In this document: positions 25,201-38,138 of the stretch, one piece after another
How positions within the stretch are numbered: position 1 is the stretch's first letter
How the letters are laid out: each line of letters begins with the position of its first letter
Source of the DNA: Amoebophrya sp. A120
Lineage: Eukaryota > Protista > Dinoflagellata
Length of the DNA: 64,000 nucleotides
Direction of reading: 5' to 3'
NCBI GenBank assembly: GCA_905178155.1
Contig: CAJINV010000001.1
Location: 13,018,635 to 13,082,634 of the forward strand
The notes under the pieces: generated by a model
Databases searched by the model: none
What the model saw: the letters and a program-made list of their open reading frames with translations, nothing else
Told to the model about the DNA's origin: nothing
Translations under genes and position numbers: made by a program

Positions 25201-28200
25201 ATGGTCGTGGTCTGCGCGGCTCGCGTTCTTGTCTGCCGATGGTGCGGAAGTGGCCTGTTCTTCTATCGCGGAAGTCTCCGAAAAGGCGTGTGGTATTCTC
25301 TCTGTTAGAATGATCGAAGTGCTCTGTAGTTGGGCGGCGGCACCGGCAGTTCTATTTATCGGATGCTCAGGCAATCCAGATGTTGGGACAGCTTCACTTG
25401 CTGGCAGATGGTTTCCCTTTGTGTCCTGTCGCTGTTCCTGTTGCATCGCTTGAGCATGCTGCTTCTCTTGTGCGAGGTCGTCGCTTTGGCTTTTTTCGTT
25501 GGCCGCCGCCGGAGCCGCCGCGCTAGCACTTGTTACACCACCAGCGTAGTTCATCGGGTGCTGGTCATTGGTCTTCACGATGGCACGAGCGTGTTGTAGT
25601 TGCGGAGGGTGGACCCCGCAACCGACCAAATCGCAACCGCCCTCAATGGTAAACGCACCGCTGACGGAGCACCGCGCTTGCACGCTGCCCGTGTAACCGG
25701 GGTTGCAAGTGTAGTGCACCACCTCCCCCGCGGTCCACACAAATTTGTCATTCAGCGAGTGGTACCCATTGTCCAGGTGCATGGTTCCCCGCCTTGTGTG
25801 GTCGCCGGGGTCCACCTTGTAGATCGGGTTCGCGTTGGGTATTCTCGGCGGGGCCCCGCACCCGACCACCGCGCACGTGCCATCCAGGCCAAAACACCCA
25901 TCCCCATCCAATTTGTCATGCAAAACATGCATCGCAAGTAGTGTTTGTCATGCAAAAAAAGGATGGGGATGGGTGCTTTTTTCTGGATACGTGCCCGCCA
26001 CGTCGTACACCAGCGACGGATTGCAGGTCACGGTCGGCTGCCCACGGTAGCCGATGTTGCAGGCGAGCTGTGTCTTACTGCAGATGCCGTTCTCCTGCGC
26101 GTCGATCACCGAAGTGTGGGGAACGGCCGGAAAAGCGCCTTTGCATTCCACGTTGTACCAATACGCGTTTCCCACGTCCTCGCGGTTGTCGGGCTGCAGC
26201 GTGTACAGCATGAACAGAACCAGAACGAAGGACACCACGACTGAGATCACGCTGCGCTTCAGAAACTTGCGGCAGTTCCGCACGCGCCGAGCGGTCAAAA
26301 TGCGCGAGCAGCAAGTCGTCGTGGTGGAGGTGGTGGCTGTATCGCTGGTCTGCGGTGCGATGCTGGTCCGACGTCCGGCCGCGTCTGATGCAGACAGCCA
26401 GGGAAGGCAGGACGAGGAAGTTGACGATTGTTTGCTCCTGCAGCAAGAGAAACAGGAAACAAACGGCGCGGCAAACCATGAAAGGACTCTGCCAAGACGC
26501 GACGAAGAACTCGTACCACTGTCTTCAAGATCTTCCGGGTGGACCTCGTCTCCATTACCATTACGGGTGCCATCTCTATTCTGATCCAGAATAACCATGT
26601 CAGATTTTGGCTCGGAGAAAGCAGATGCTGGCGCAGAGGAACTACTGGACGAATCCTTTCCAAAGCAACCGCCCCGGAAACAGGCACAGAGCCGATCGCT
26701 GATTCGCAAGAACAATGGTCGCGGTGCAGCTCCGGCGCTGGATATGTCTCCCGGCTCATCGCTGCCGTGAGCCCCTTCGTCGTCTGCGCCATCAGATGAG
26801 GACGCGCTGCTCAAGACTATCCCCAAAACATTCGACGAACCCGCCCGTTCCGTCGTGAGCATACGTGGCTTTTCCGCACCGTCATCGTTGCCGGAATCTT
26901 CGCTTCGACTTTGGTCCCGCTCCACAGACCTGACCGTGACTTTTTGATCCCTTCTTCTTGTCATGCGACCGCTTTCCGCTCCTGCGGGGGTGGGGCCGCC
27001 ACCTGGTGGTACCCCTGTAAATGCCGCATCATCTCGTCCCCCATGCGCAGCGGCCGTCGCGAGATCGAAATAGCTCGAGGAGCTGCTGGCCGTATTGCTA
27101 GCGCTATTTGATGTTCCCACCTGCTTTTTGCTTTCGTGTTCTCCGGCCATGAAAGAAAACCCGTCTGCGGGTGCGCTGCTGAACCGCCCACGACCAGTCT
27201 GCTCTAGAGTCCGCGTCGAACTCGTTGCACCTCCATGCTGCTCCCGCATGGAAGCTGCTGTTCTACTTGAGGCCGCTGCTGCCGTGGTTGCAGCTTCCCG
27301 CCACCGTCGCGGTCTCGAGGAGGTTCTTGACCGAGCGAGTTTGACGCGACTCCCGCTCTTCGAGTCTGCGGCCGCGGCGCTGCTGCTCTCGATCAGGTAC
27401 CGAATCCAGGTATCCGTCGCAAACACGATGCGCTTGTTGGGCGCGGCGCGGATGTCCTCCGGGGACCGCGACATGACCGTATGGAAGCGTCAGGATCGAA
27501 ATCGTCAAAGTTGAAATATTTTCTCATGCATAAACTGCAAGACCTGAAGCGCCTCTCTTGCAGGGATGGCAATTGAGGCAGATTGTGAGCCTATTTAGAA
27601 TTTGGGATGGAGCTGCTAAAGGAGCATGACAAAAGCAGCCTTCTGAGCTCAAACAGCATGACAAATTGGATTCCGTTGCTCCGAAAGTTTGTCATGCGCC
27701 GCTTGGAAATTGGGCTTCCGACTGGTATGCATTTTATGCATGACAAATCATTTCAACTTTGTCGATTTCAATCCTGACGCTCCCATAGACTGTCGCGTAC
27801 ACGTACTGGCGCAGCGGCACCAGGTGCTGCTCGTTCGGATTCTCCTGGAAGTTCAAGGTAGTCCCGACCACGAAGTCGTCCAAGCCTTGGGGCGGATACC
27901 GGGGCGGATTCTGAGGGACGAAAAGCTCCTCGGCCGGCGAGCTCACGGTGGTGCCCGGCTTGCTGTTGTTGGTGCTTTTGCTGTCGTTTCGAGTGAGCGC
28001 GGGCGGGACCCGGTAGAAGGAGGAAGTAGTTGCAGAAGATGAAGCTGTCATGGCTAACTTCGTGTTTCCCGATGTAGTTCCTGGTGGCGGTTGTAGTGGT
28101 GCGCCACCACCGGCACCCTTGCTCTGCTCTGTGAGCCATTGCGTCGCGGCCTCTGGTGAGACGCTCAAATACACATTGTGCACCGGGTACGCGAAGAACG

Positions 28201-30011
28201 CGTGCACAATGGCCAAAATCGGCACTTCGAGCACGGTCAGAAAGGCGTACAAGTAGTACGCCTCCCACTGCAGATAGTAGCCGCAAATCACGTAGCGCAC
28301 GATCAGCCATTGGGTCCAGGTGACAGAGACGACCCCCTTGACGCCGAAAAATTTCCAGAAGGGATCGACCAGGGACAACTCACCGTGAAAAGCGCCCTCG
28401 AAGACGAACACTGCGTAGATCGCGGCCCAACAGAAGAGCGACAGGATCAGTGCCTGGTACGGCCCAACGTACGTGTCCCACCAGGTGACACACGTATACT
28501 CACAAGACTGCAGTAAGTACGGGCACAAGGTTGGAAAATGGATCCCGAGAAGCCCCTTGACGATCACCTGCAGGATGTTTGACAACATGCTGGCCAGCAC
28601 GTAAAGCTGCAGCACCGCGAAGCAGAACCGCTGAAACGAGGTCACCGCGCGGTCCTGCAAGCTCAAGCCCGCGCCCGGGGAAGAAGCCATAGTTCCCGCT
28701 GCGCCGAGCGTGGTCGTCGTCCTTCCGCCACTCACATAAAAGTCGTCGCGGTTGGTGATGGTGAACTGTTCCCGACCGGAAGGCGAGTTCGGCGATGTTG
28801 CCGCGCCTGGCCGCGGTCGTAATGCAGCTGCCGACGCTCCTGCTGCACCTCCTGTTGCGCCGATCATCGCAGTACCAGTAGAGCCCGCCAGTAGAGGCTC
28901 TTCCAACGGGGAGCTGTGACGGCTGGACAGCATGCCCCGAGGACTGATTCGCGTCACGCGGCTGGGGTTCGGATTTTTCGACAAGTTGTCTACGATGCCC
29001 GTGAACATGGTCAGCACGCTCCACAGGGCCCAGGCTTCCCAAATGTCTATGGAAGCGTCAGGTTTGAAATCGACAAAGTTGAAATGATTTGTCATGCATA
29101 AAATGGATACCAGTCGGAAGCCCAATTTTCAAGCGGCGCATGACAAATTTTCGGAGCACCGGAATCCAGTTTGTCATGCTGTTTGGGCACAGAAGACGGC
29201 TTTTGTCATGCTCCTTCAGCAGCTCTATCCCAAACCCTAAATAGGCTCACAATCTGCCTCACTTGCCATCCCGGCAAGACAGGCACTTCATGCCTTGCAT
29301 TTTATGCATGACAAATCATTTCAACTTTGACGATTTCAATCCTGACAGATCCATAATGTCCGCTGTCTGGATAGTCGTGTCCGCAACGGCCAGACGCGCG
29401 GCGTCGCGCTCGCCCGCGAAGGGGTCATCCAGACTGATGAAGTAGGAGGAAGCAGAAGACGCAGGATGAGTATTGTAAAAGCTGCTGCTGTCCTGTGCTG
29501 CAAACATCGTCGTCGATTGTAGGGGACTGGTAGTGCTGCCCGTACTACCACTTCCACCAAGATGTTGACCTCCGGTTGTATCGTAGGATTCCCCAAAGAA
29601 GCGACTCAGGAACTCTCGCTCGACGTTGTGTTGGCCCCCTTCCAGCTGCTGACCGAGGATCCGAACCGTGTGGGCCATGAGCAATCCGTAGTTCGCCGGA
29701 AGAAGCACCATGTCCATGATCTGGTCAATGGCCTTTGGCGCGTACTTCCGCAGGTGCGACAGTTGCCATAGTTCGACAAAGGTGACGAGCATGACAAAGG
29801 TCATGGCGATGTGCACGGCGATCATCAACCGCGTCCAGCCGACGAACAGGGACAGAATCAGCAATTCCCGTACGTAGAAGAAGAACTGCGTGCCGAAATG
29901 CAGCCAGAACCACCGCTTCTTGAGGCAGTCGCAACAGGTGCAACACTTCGGCGCATACCGGATCAGCACGCTGATCAGCATGAAACCCGTCACCCAGAGA
30001 CAGACCAACAT
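22264..30011 (-). CDS. Large multi-domain membrane protein: OST-alpha/TMEM184-like domain + TM + three Sushi/CCP domains + Cys/Trp module + TM + low-complexity tail (5' end probably further upstream)
   Basis: ORFs 29316..30011, 27734..29125, 25948..27474 and 24964..25932 join in frame when three introners are removed (ADI|WEAWALW, ATV|MSR, VAGT|CAVVGC). Motifs WEAWALWSVLTMF and FWKFFGVKGVVSVTWTQ resemble TMEM184; CCP repeats CNIGYRG, CNPGYTG, CELGYTG. Downstream exons (24390..24758 region, and 22264..24323 after tttacag) are joined by inferred ordinary introns. Confidence 0.65.
25881..25989. mobile_element. Introner family B (109 bp), opposite orientation to the 8930 copy
   Basis: TIR catccaggccaaaacacccatccccatcc / ggatggggatgggtgcttttttctggata; TSD CGTGC at 25876-25880 and 25990-25994; contains an in-frame stop; removal restores the Sushi domain end. 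Confidence 0.92.
27480..27787. mobile_element. Introner family C (308 bp)
   Basis: TIR tatggaagcgtcaggatcgaaatcgtcaaagttgaaat / atttcaactttgtcgatttcaatcctgacgctcccata; TSD GACCG (27475-27479) / GACTG (27788-27792); removing 313 bp restores the frame. Confidence 0.92.
29048..29355. mobile_element. Introner family C (308 bp), inverted relative to the 17572 and 27480 copies
   Basis: TIR tatggaagcgtcaggtttgaaatcgacaaagttgaaatg / catttcaactttgacgatttcaatcctgacagatccata; TSD ATGTC at 29043-29047 and 29356-29360; removing 313 bp restores the frame. Confidence 0.92.
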
Positions 30012-31759
30012 TTTGCTATCGGTCGGGCAGAGCTGTTTGTCGTGTCGCTCGAGCTCCTGGTAGGTAACTTAGGAAACTGACAGGAGTTCTATTGCCGCGA
30101 GAACCAGGACTGTGGAAATTTCTCGACGTCGTGCTCTTCACGATTCAATCATCAACATGATGCTCGGTTGTCGTTGTTGTGTGTGTCCTTCTGCTCCTTG
30201 TCGGTGACTATAGAGCACATCCTTCTCCTCGACCGCGAACCACATCTTCGCACTAGAAGTTGCAGAATTGAGCGCGCGCAACATCTTAGCTGTTGGGGTC
30301 GTTGCCGTTCTTCTTGGACACCAGCTGCACACCAAGACGAGAACTGCTACAACTACAGTATCAGGTGGCTATTTTCCGCAAGTTGCGGGTCGACAGCGGC
30401 GGCCTCAGGCTCACCAGGGAGCGCGGAAGTCAAAGTCTTCGCTCAGGGGATGCGAGTCGTTACTGTTGGGCCAAGCACATTGCGGCAGGTGCGCGTCGAC
30501 GCACCAGGACAGAGCACAAGGCCTTAGCTTCATCATCAGACGAGAGCGACGAGGGCACGAAAATCATTCTCATTTTCATATTGTCATAGTAATTCATTTT
30601 GATGAGAGTCGCAGTGACTGTTGTAATCCTTATCATACACAAAAGCATATACTTTGTCAATCAGAATCAACTTAACCTTTAAAATTTCTTGAAAATCGAA
30701 ATTCCAATCGTAACTCTAGTGCATTTTGGGGGAGCAAGGAAGCGAAAACTAATCAGGAAGGTAAAGGTTCTAAATGTGGTCCTGTATATTGCGGTGTGAG
30801 ATGACATCAGGAAAGACCTCAGTCACACTGTTGACTTTCTTCGATCACTCAACATTTCGGTTCACGGTTCGCCTCATGGTGAGTCAACATGCCCTCTTCG
30901 TCAGCGGATGTGGAAGTCATAAATTGCAAGGAAAAGTAGGTACACGTACAGCCTGCTACTGCAGGAGAGGACCACAAAGACAAACAAGTCTGCCCTCGCT
31001 CTAGGACTTGGTGTAGGGAGGTGCGTGACTGCAAACGCAACCAACAACAGCACCAAATGAACACATCCACCAACGTGCTCCTACAACAGCTCGATCAACT
31101 TAGTATCAAGACTTCCAAGTCGAAGCCGTCGACGGAGTAGGTGTCTTTTTGCTTGCTTGTTCTTTCGCATTCGCATTGAAGATCATCCGTTGCAGCTTGT
31201 TGCGCCTTCCCCCACATTGCAAAATGCGGTTGCGTTTGCCGACATTTTGATGTGTTGCTCTTGATGCATCATGATGATAGGTCGTCGTCGTTCTGATGAC
31301 AAATTGATATATCACTCAATTTTTTTTTGTCGCAGGTTTTGGTTTACTCAACATACTATTACGTGCCGGGCGCTGTCGGTAGGAGGAACTCCAGCAGTGA
31401 ATAATTCTCGCTTGTCAGCTGCAGAGTGGGCACAGACCGAGCTGCTTCACCACGCACAGCTGCGGAGTGTCGTGTCGAAATTTGTCGTCGAGGAGCTTTC
31501 GAACAGGAGGTGGTCACAAAAGTATAGTATAGGTACACAGGGATATCAGTGATTGAAAAACTATATCTCTGCTTCGGGAGGTAAGGTCGCTTTGTTCTCA
31601 GGAGAAAAAGATGCTCTTGCTGTTGAAGTTGTATTCCGTTTCCGGAAACAAACGGTGACGCGTGGTCAATGTTGGTATCACAAACATGCTCGCGGAAGCA
31701 GCAGAAGAAAGAGAGGTGAACAAGCATCCTACTTCTAGAACATGGACATTTTCCCGTAT

Positions 31760-33958
31760 CTAGTAGTAGCCTCCGCCTCCCCCGTTGTGGTGCATGTGTT
31801 TTCCCCCGCCGCCGCCGCGCGCACCAGGACCTCCGCGTGGACCTCCGGGTCCACCGCTGCCCTTCGATGCCTGCATTGGCGGCACGGGCGCCGGATTTCT
31901 TCGCTGATACTCGGCCACGATTTTGAAAGTGCTGCAGGTTTTCAGCAGTATTTCGCGGCCAGTCGCGTCGCGGGCGAGGTGCTGACGCCAGATCAGGTTG
32001 CACTGCCGGAGCTCCTCCTCCTTCGTGGGAAGCCAACATGCGACCTGCATCAGCGCCTCGTCGCTGGCGCATTGCTGCCGCGGAATATCGAGCTCCGCGG
32101 CCACCTCCTCCCGGAGACAAAGCAACGCGTGAAACCGTCGCAGAAAGGTGTGTTTCTTGTTTCCGCTGGCTTGACGGGCGGTGGCAGCCAGCACGTAGGC
32201 CCGCGCGAGCGCTTCCGGTGAGTTCGGGTTTTGCAGATGCGAAGAACCGGCACTCGAGGCGCTCTGATTCGAGTACGTGCTCTGGTGGCTGTGACTCCGC
32301 TGCTCCTGTGGCGACGGGTGATTTGACGCTGAATTCGTGCTGTGTATTGCTTGATGCCCGTAAGAAGTAGAACCGCTACCGTTAGCAGAACTACCAGGGC
32401 CGCCGCTTCCCATCATGGGCGCGGCGGGGCCCGCGCCTGCTCCATATATGCCACTATTGTACTGCGGCAGCGTGCTTTTGCTACTTGTCGCAGACGTGCT
32501 GCAGGAGGAGTTACCGCCGGTGAGACACCTCCGCGAGACTTCTTCTCCTGTCATAGGCACGGCACCAGAAGAATCGAAATTTTTTGTACCACCCCCACCG
32601 ACAGGCAACATGGAACTGCTACTGCTGCTGCCGCCCTTTCCGCCACCTTTTGGGCCTTTCTTCCCGGGTATGCCGTTGTGTTGGTTCTGCATCAGGGCCA
32701 AAATGCGGTTCGCTTCCGGCTCCTCGAAAGTGACATCCCCAAACTGATCCTCCTTGTGCTTGTACCAATCCAACGTTTCTTGACACATGCGCCGGGTCAG
32801 CTTTTCCGGCTGTGCTTTGTAGGCCTCCGGCTTCATGACCGTGGAAGCAAGCTCGACCATGTATTTTGACCTGGTATAAAAGCAGCACGAAAAGTAGTTT
32901 GCAAATAAGTCATCAGTACGCGCACGACAAGCGGGGCAGGGCGACCGCCTGTTAATCAAAATTTCAAAGTCAAGAAGCACCTGACTGCCGCAACAATCTT
33001 TCACACGACCACTTGGGGCCGTTTCTAGAAGGCGCTCGATGTTGATGAGAAAATATCTACCATTTTCCCGCCTGCTCCAACTGTTGAGACAAGATACGCT
33101 CGAGCGGAATCAAGTACTCAACATCCAGGATGGCGTAGTCCAAATGCGCCTTGGTCAGCGGTCGTTTTTCCCAATCTGTGTTCTGCATGCTTTTATCGAC
33201 ATCGATATTCAGGACGGCTTTACCTGGTGGTATAGAAGTTGCGCAGTTGTTGAACTTGAATGAAGCTATCTTTTTTTCTAGCAAATTCCATCGGATGCAG
33301 CTCGTAGTCGTAGCATTTATTTCATCCCATCATAGATAAAGAAGTACAAAGCTTCCCGTATCCGATGCAGTTCCCCGGGCTGGTGCTATTTGTCCCGAGC
33401 ACATCCGAAACACTGGCCGCACACTGCGTGTCGAAAACATTTTTTGGTAGGCCCTTGAACAGGTGCAGAAAGATGCGAAAATCCTCCGACGGGGCGTGCA
33501 ACACTTTCAATATTTCGTGGTCGTCCAGGATCTGGCCGAAAAGGGATAAGTCGGTCACCAAAAACGCATCTACCACGGCCCGAATGGAGCAGTTTTCCTC
33601 CGGAATCTCGGCCGCGATTTGAATCAAGGAAAGGACGGCGTGGAATGTCTTACCTGAAAGATTTCATTTGACGAGGGTATTTTGCCTTTGATTATTCCGT
33701 ACAACTAGTACACATTGCGTGCGACAATGAATAACAGGTACTAGCCAGACTCTCGCAACAAGAAGATACTCAAACATGATCTACGCTAGACCTACCAGTA
33801 CCACATGACACAAATAGAAATGATGAAGCATGCAAATGCATGTCAAAGAGCGAACCTTTCCTGACAAACTCCGTATCGAGATAAACTTTTGGCTTCCTCC
33901 TCAAAATTCGATGACATATGTCATCAAACTTGCTCTGCTCGCTGATCAGAAGCTGCAT
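31760..33958 (-). CDS. Bacterial-type ribonuclease D-like protein (DEDDy 3'-5' exonuclease + HRDC), multi-exon
   Basis: ExoI VYLDTEFVR; LIQIA; ExoII KVLHAPSEDF..VFDTQ; ExoIII TDWEKRPLTKAHLDYAILDV; C-terminal HRDC-like FHALLCLREEVAAELDIPRQQCASDEALMQVACWLPTKEEEL. Confidence 0.85.
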
Positions 33959-36023
33959 CTTGATAGATGGCGACGGTAATTTTTGTGTTCTACCAGCGGA
34001 GTAAAACAATTATGTTCTGTCGCCGTGGGCAATAGTTGTAGATCGCCTTCTTGTGACGCTGTAGTTGACTACTAGCGTCTTTCGTGTCGCGCGAAGTCGT
34101 GCTCAATTGGAAATGAAGATGGTCCTCCTCATGAAGATGATGACCTCGAGGATCAACACGCGGGTGTTTGCTACAACTACACGGCGGACCGTAGTGAAGA
34201 AGCTCGCAAATAATTGGTCAGCCACAGCCAGTACTTCTCCCAGCGTGATTAATCAAAATGACGTCGTTTTCATTCTGTTCTTGCTCCCCAGAAGCCTGCA
34301 CCATGAAACAGCTTCGCCACATTCCCGATCCCGTCTGACTCTTGCTTCTTCAGGGACGGCGTTCTTGGCGTTCTTCGCAATTACTTCTTTATATGTTTTC
34401 ATTCATCAAGAACGCCACCTCTTTAACAGCTTGTCATTCTGGTTGCTACCGGCGGCGGCGGTTCACCCGATTCGCCGCCCGTCTCAGCGTCAATCCCGCG
34501 TCGGCGTCTTCAGGATTAATTATTGCACGCCGAGACCGAGACAAGAAGCCTAAGTATTTGTATTAGCAAGCCGGGTAGACATCATTTGCTAGCAGTATCT
34601 TCGGTCGGCCTCGTTCTTAAAAGCCGCTCGTCGTAGGTTGGTCTTCTATTCCGATTTCTTTGCGCTCTCCATGTCGATAAGAAGATCTTGCCGTGCTTTG
34701 GCCTAGTATCTTCGTCGACAAAATAGTATCATATGTAGCCTGAAGCTCCCCAAAAAAGTATCTTAATCTCTAGAATGTCTTATATGAGCGAGCTACGACG
34801 AAGACGATGCCAATGCCATCACCATGATCAAAAAATAAGACCAATACTAGATCGAGTACGATTATGCCGGCTTGAACCGAACAAAAATCGTGAGAGGAGC
34901 ACCACAAAACTCAGTACATCTACATTCTATTTCATCGGTTCTCGCGATAAAGCGGAGTAAGAAGACCATGATCATACCGAAGCGGAAATTCCCATGCTAA
35001 TCCGGCTGCTGGTGTTGCTGTTCATTTGTCACATTACATGCAGAGGAAACATAGAGAAGAAAAATTCGTCGGCCAGCAGTGGTACCAATGGGAGTGGGTG
35101 TAGTTACAGCGAAATTCAAATTGATGTTGAATAAGCAGGCCACACAAGATACATATGTTCTCCACGTTCCTTCGGCGCAGCTGCAGCACGGAACCGGGAC
35201 TGAATCGGGATCGCGGGAAAAAAAGTGAAGAGCAAATGAAATGAAAGAAGTTCTTTTTCGGCTGAAAATAAAGCATCAGAATGAGAATGCTGTCGACGCT
35301 TATGCTCAAAAAACTTGCAACCATCCTACTAAGAGTTAGATCTTGTTGTGCCTTCGAAACTGGGTCGTTTGCGGCGCGCGCGCCACTTCATCTTAAGTAC
35401 TTAATATTTCTGAACTGGTGATGTGCTACTGGCACTGGTGAGAACAATCTGCTTGCGATGACTCAGCAAGTCTTGGAATCGCGCTAAGCAACCAGTACAA
35501 GGGCGCCGAATCGCGCACGGCAGCCTTCTTGCGTGTCCAGTAACAAATTTTTGGCTTCAGCTGTGTTCTAGGGTTTAGATGAGAGTCAGGTGGTATCAGG
35601 GGGCGGGTAGATACAACATCAAGTTCTTCAGTATCAACGGTGGCAGCCGCAGCTCCACCGAACAGGTCTGCGTATTAAAAATTCTTTGAGAAGTTTCTCA
35701 TACGTCGCACTCAGGTCCTTGTCCGTAGTGGCTCTTGGACAAGAATCCTACGGCTCCCATTCGCCTTGTTAAATCTGTGATCTCAAGTAGATGTATCTAT
35801 AGGGTGTAGTCCTATCAATCCAAACGCAAACCGCAAGATGTACAAGCAGCCAGCCTCCGTCGATAATTTGCTGTATTATTGCGAAGAAGTTGCAACAATG
35901 CCAGCAATGTCCATGTCGCCGTCGTGATAAAGGTGAAACAAGTCGACATCCCCGAGTCGTGTGGAGATTCCGTAAAAATACTTAAACTCGTCAAGAACTA
36001 AGTCTTGTTCCCGGCTGTTCTTT

Positions 36024-36464
36024 CTACACTTCCGCCTTGTATTCGGTCTCACTACTGTAAGACAGGTCGGCGGCGTATTTGATGTACTCTTCCTTAGAGA
36101 CCTTGCCGTCCAAGTTTTTGTCCGCCATCTTGTAGAACTCCCAAAGCTCCCGGTCGGCTACTTCGCCCTTGAAGTTTCCGCGGACTTCTTGTGTCTGTAA
36201 TGAGATCGTAATCAATATATGGATATGAAATGAACTTGAACATCATGATACAAAGATTACGATTAGTACCATCGGAGGAAAAAAAAGATAATGATAAAGA
36301 CATTGAGGTACGTCAAGAAAGCTGTCCTTGTTGGAATCGAATTCATCAAAGTCCCGCATGTATTCTGCTTTTTGCTCTGCTGTGGGCTCCACGTCCCTCC
36401 CTGCAACGAGCACGGAGGCAACTGCCAACCGCAACAGCGTTCGGGTCATGGCTGCTAACGACAT
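36024..36464 (-). CDS. Small secretory-pathway EF-hand Ca2+-binding protein (2 exons)
   Basis: Signal-like MSLAAMTRTLLRLAVASVLVAG; EF loops DSNKDSFLD|TQE and DKNLDGKVSKEE; GT-AG intron ~36195-36310; C-terminus KAEV. Confidence 0.8.
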
Positions 36465-38138
36465 TTTTTGCGACCTATCAGACTTCACGAGAACCAAGTT
36501 GTTGGACGGTGGGTAGACGTAGTCTATTGTATATTGTCGTAGTACTATTCGCACTCTATTTCAATAAACTACTTCGACCCTCTAGTAGAAGTGTTAGAGA
36601 AGAAGGGCCCCTTTTAATCCCCGCAGTAGATCCACATCCAAAAGGAAAGCCGAAAGAGTGATTTCTCACCGCATGACAAAAATGAAACAAATAGGTCCTC
36701 GGCTCAACATCCTGCTGTGATCGCAATAAGAAGCAACGTTTTTTCCTATACTAGACTAAATACTTCGACGTTCTCCTTTCTTAGTTTCGACTTTGCCTCT
36801 TAGATTTACTACTTCACTTCATAATTGTTAGGTGAAGTTGGATCCCTTGACTTCGTGACGTTGCGTCTTGCCAAATTAATTGACCTCGATATGATGTCCT
36901 CGCCATCGCAGAACCAGAAAAATGTGAAGTAACTTCAACAAGATGGCAACAAGTGTCGCGCATTCAGAGAGACATGCAAAAGGCACGGCTTTTTTACTTA
37001 CTGTTCGAGTACTTCAACATCCGTGGGCTATAACTTGATGATCCGTCCATGATTTCTTTGTTCAACATCAACAACGTCGGAGCATTCCGAAGAACATCTC
37101 GATCCTTAGTAAAAATCTCTGCACGGAAGCTATTTTTGCTTTTTTGGCCGTGACAGTGCCCGTATGTAGTTCCTGTTCCTTGTGTTTTGATGTCAGTGGG
37201 TAGTTCTTTCCGCTCCTAAGCATGATCGCAGCAACTTGGTATCGGGGAAGACGGATCAGCGCATGCAATCCGACTTCTCGACGGAGTTACAGTCACCTTG
37301 ACCTTGTCGCCGTGATCAGCATAGGGAAGTAGCAGTAAGTCGCTTGTTTTACGTTTAAACTTATCCTTCGTACGTGATCCGTGTCGCTGTGTCGTGTGAA
37401 TGATGGCGTGACATCAAAAAGAAAAAGCATCGTGCTTCGGCCTCTGGATCGTAAGACGCTCGCCAACTCGCTATTTCGCGTCGATGCCACAAAAAGCTGC
37501 TGCAACAGCACCCCGCAGCCGATGGAGTCTTCTATCCGATAGATTCCGGTTGGACCGCAAAAAAACTCGAGGTAGCTAATGCAACCACGCATGCTGCACA
37601 GCATCAAGAAGCGCCAGCGAAATCTCCAACTTGCTAGTGCGAGCGGCGTGGATTTTGGTCGTGCTCACTCGACTTACATGCCTTCTCCGTCAACATGCGG
37701 ACGACAGGCCGCTTTCACCAATTCCGAAGCCCTGACTCAGCGGTCCTGGTCCTTCTGTCGCTTTCAGTAGTTTGGCCGCGGCGCTGCTCGTCGTGTCGCC
37801 GCGTCTGTCTCGGCGCACAGCAGCTCCATGCGGTATCACCCTCGGCGCAGACCACAAGCAGTACAACCATGCAGCTGGATTTGCTCGGAGCCGCGGCAGC
37901 ACTACCAAGTAGAGGGCCGGGCGCAAGGAAGGAACCGCACGCAATGACTTCAGTCTGCTGTGAAGGACATGGGCAAAGATCGCCGACAATCGGCGATGAC
38001 GTTCTTTCGCACAAAGTTCAACGCAAACACTGTAGGTAGTAAACACTGTGCGCGATGTCGCTGTCTGTGCCCTCGTCAGGTTACGCCATTTGTATACGGG
38101 TAGTTGTCGTCTATTCGCAAAAATAAAGCTGGCACTCC

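Noticed and set aside
36660-36700. Isolated gcatgacaaaa motif
   Set aside because: No flanking TIR or 5-bp TSD found; chance match or decayed relic
37068-38046. Short overlapping ORFs downstream of the Hsp110 paralogue
   Set aside because: No domain signal or consistent frame; left unannotated
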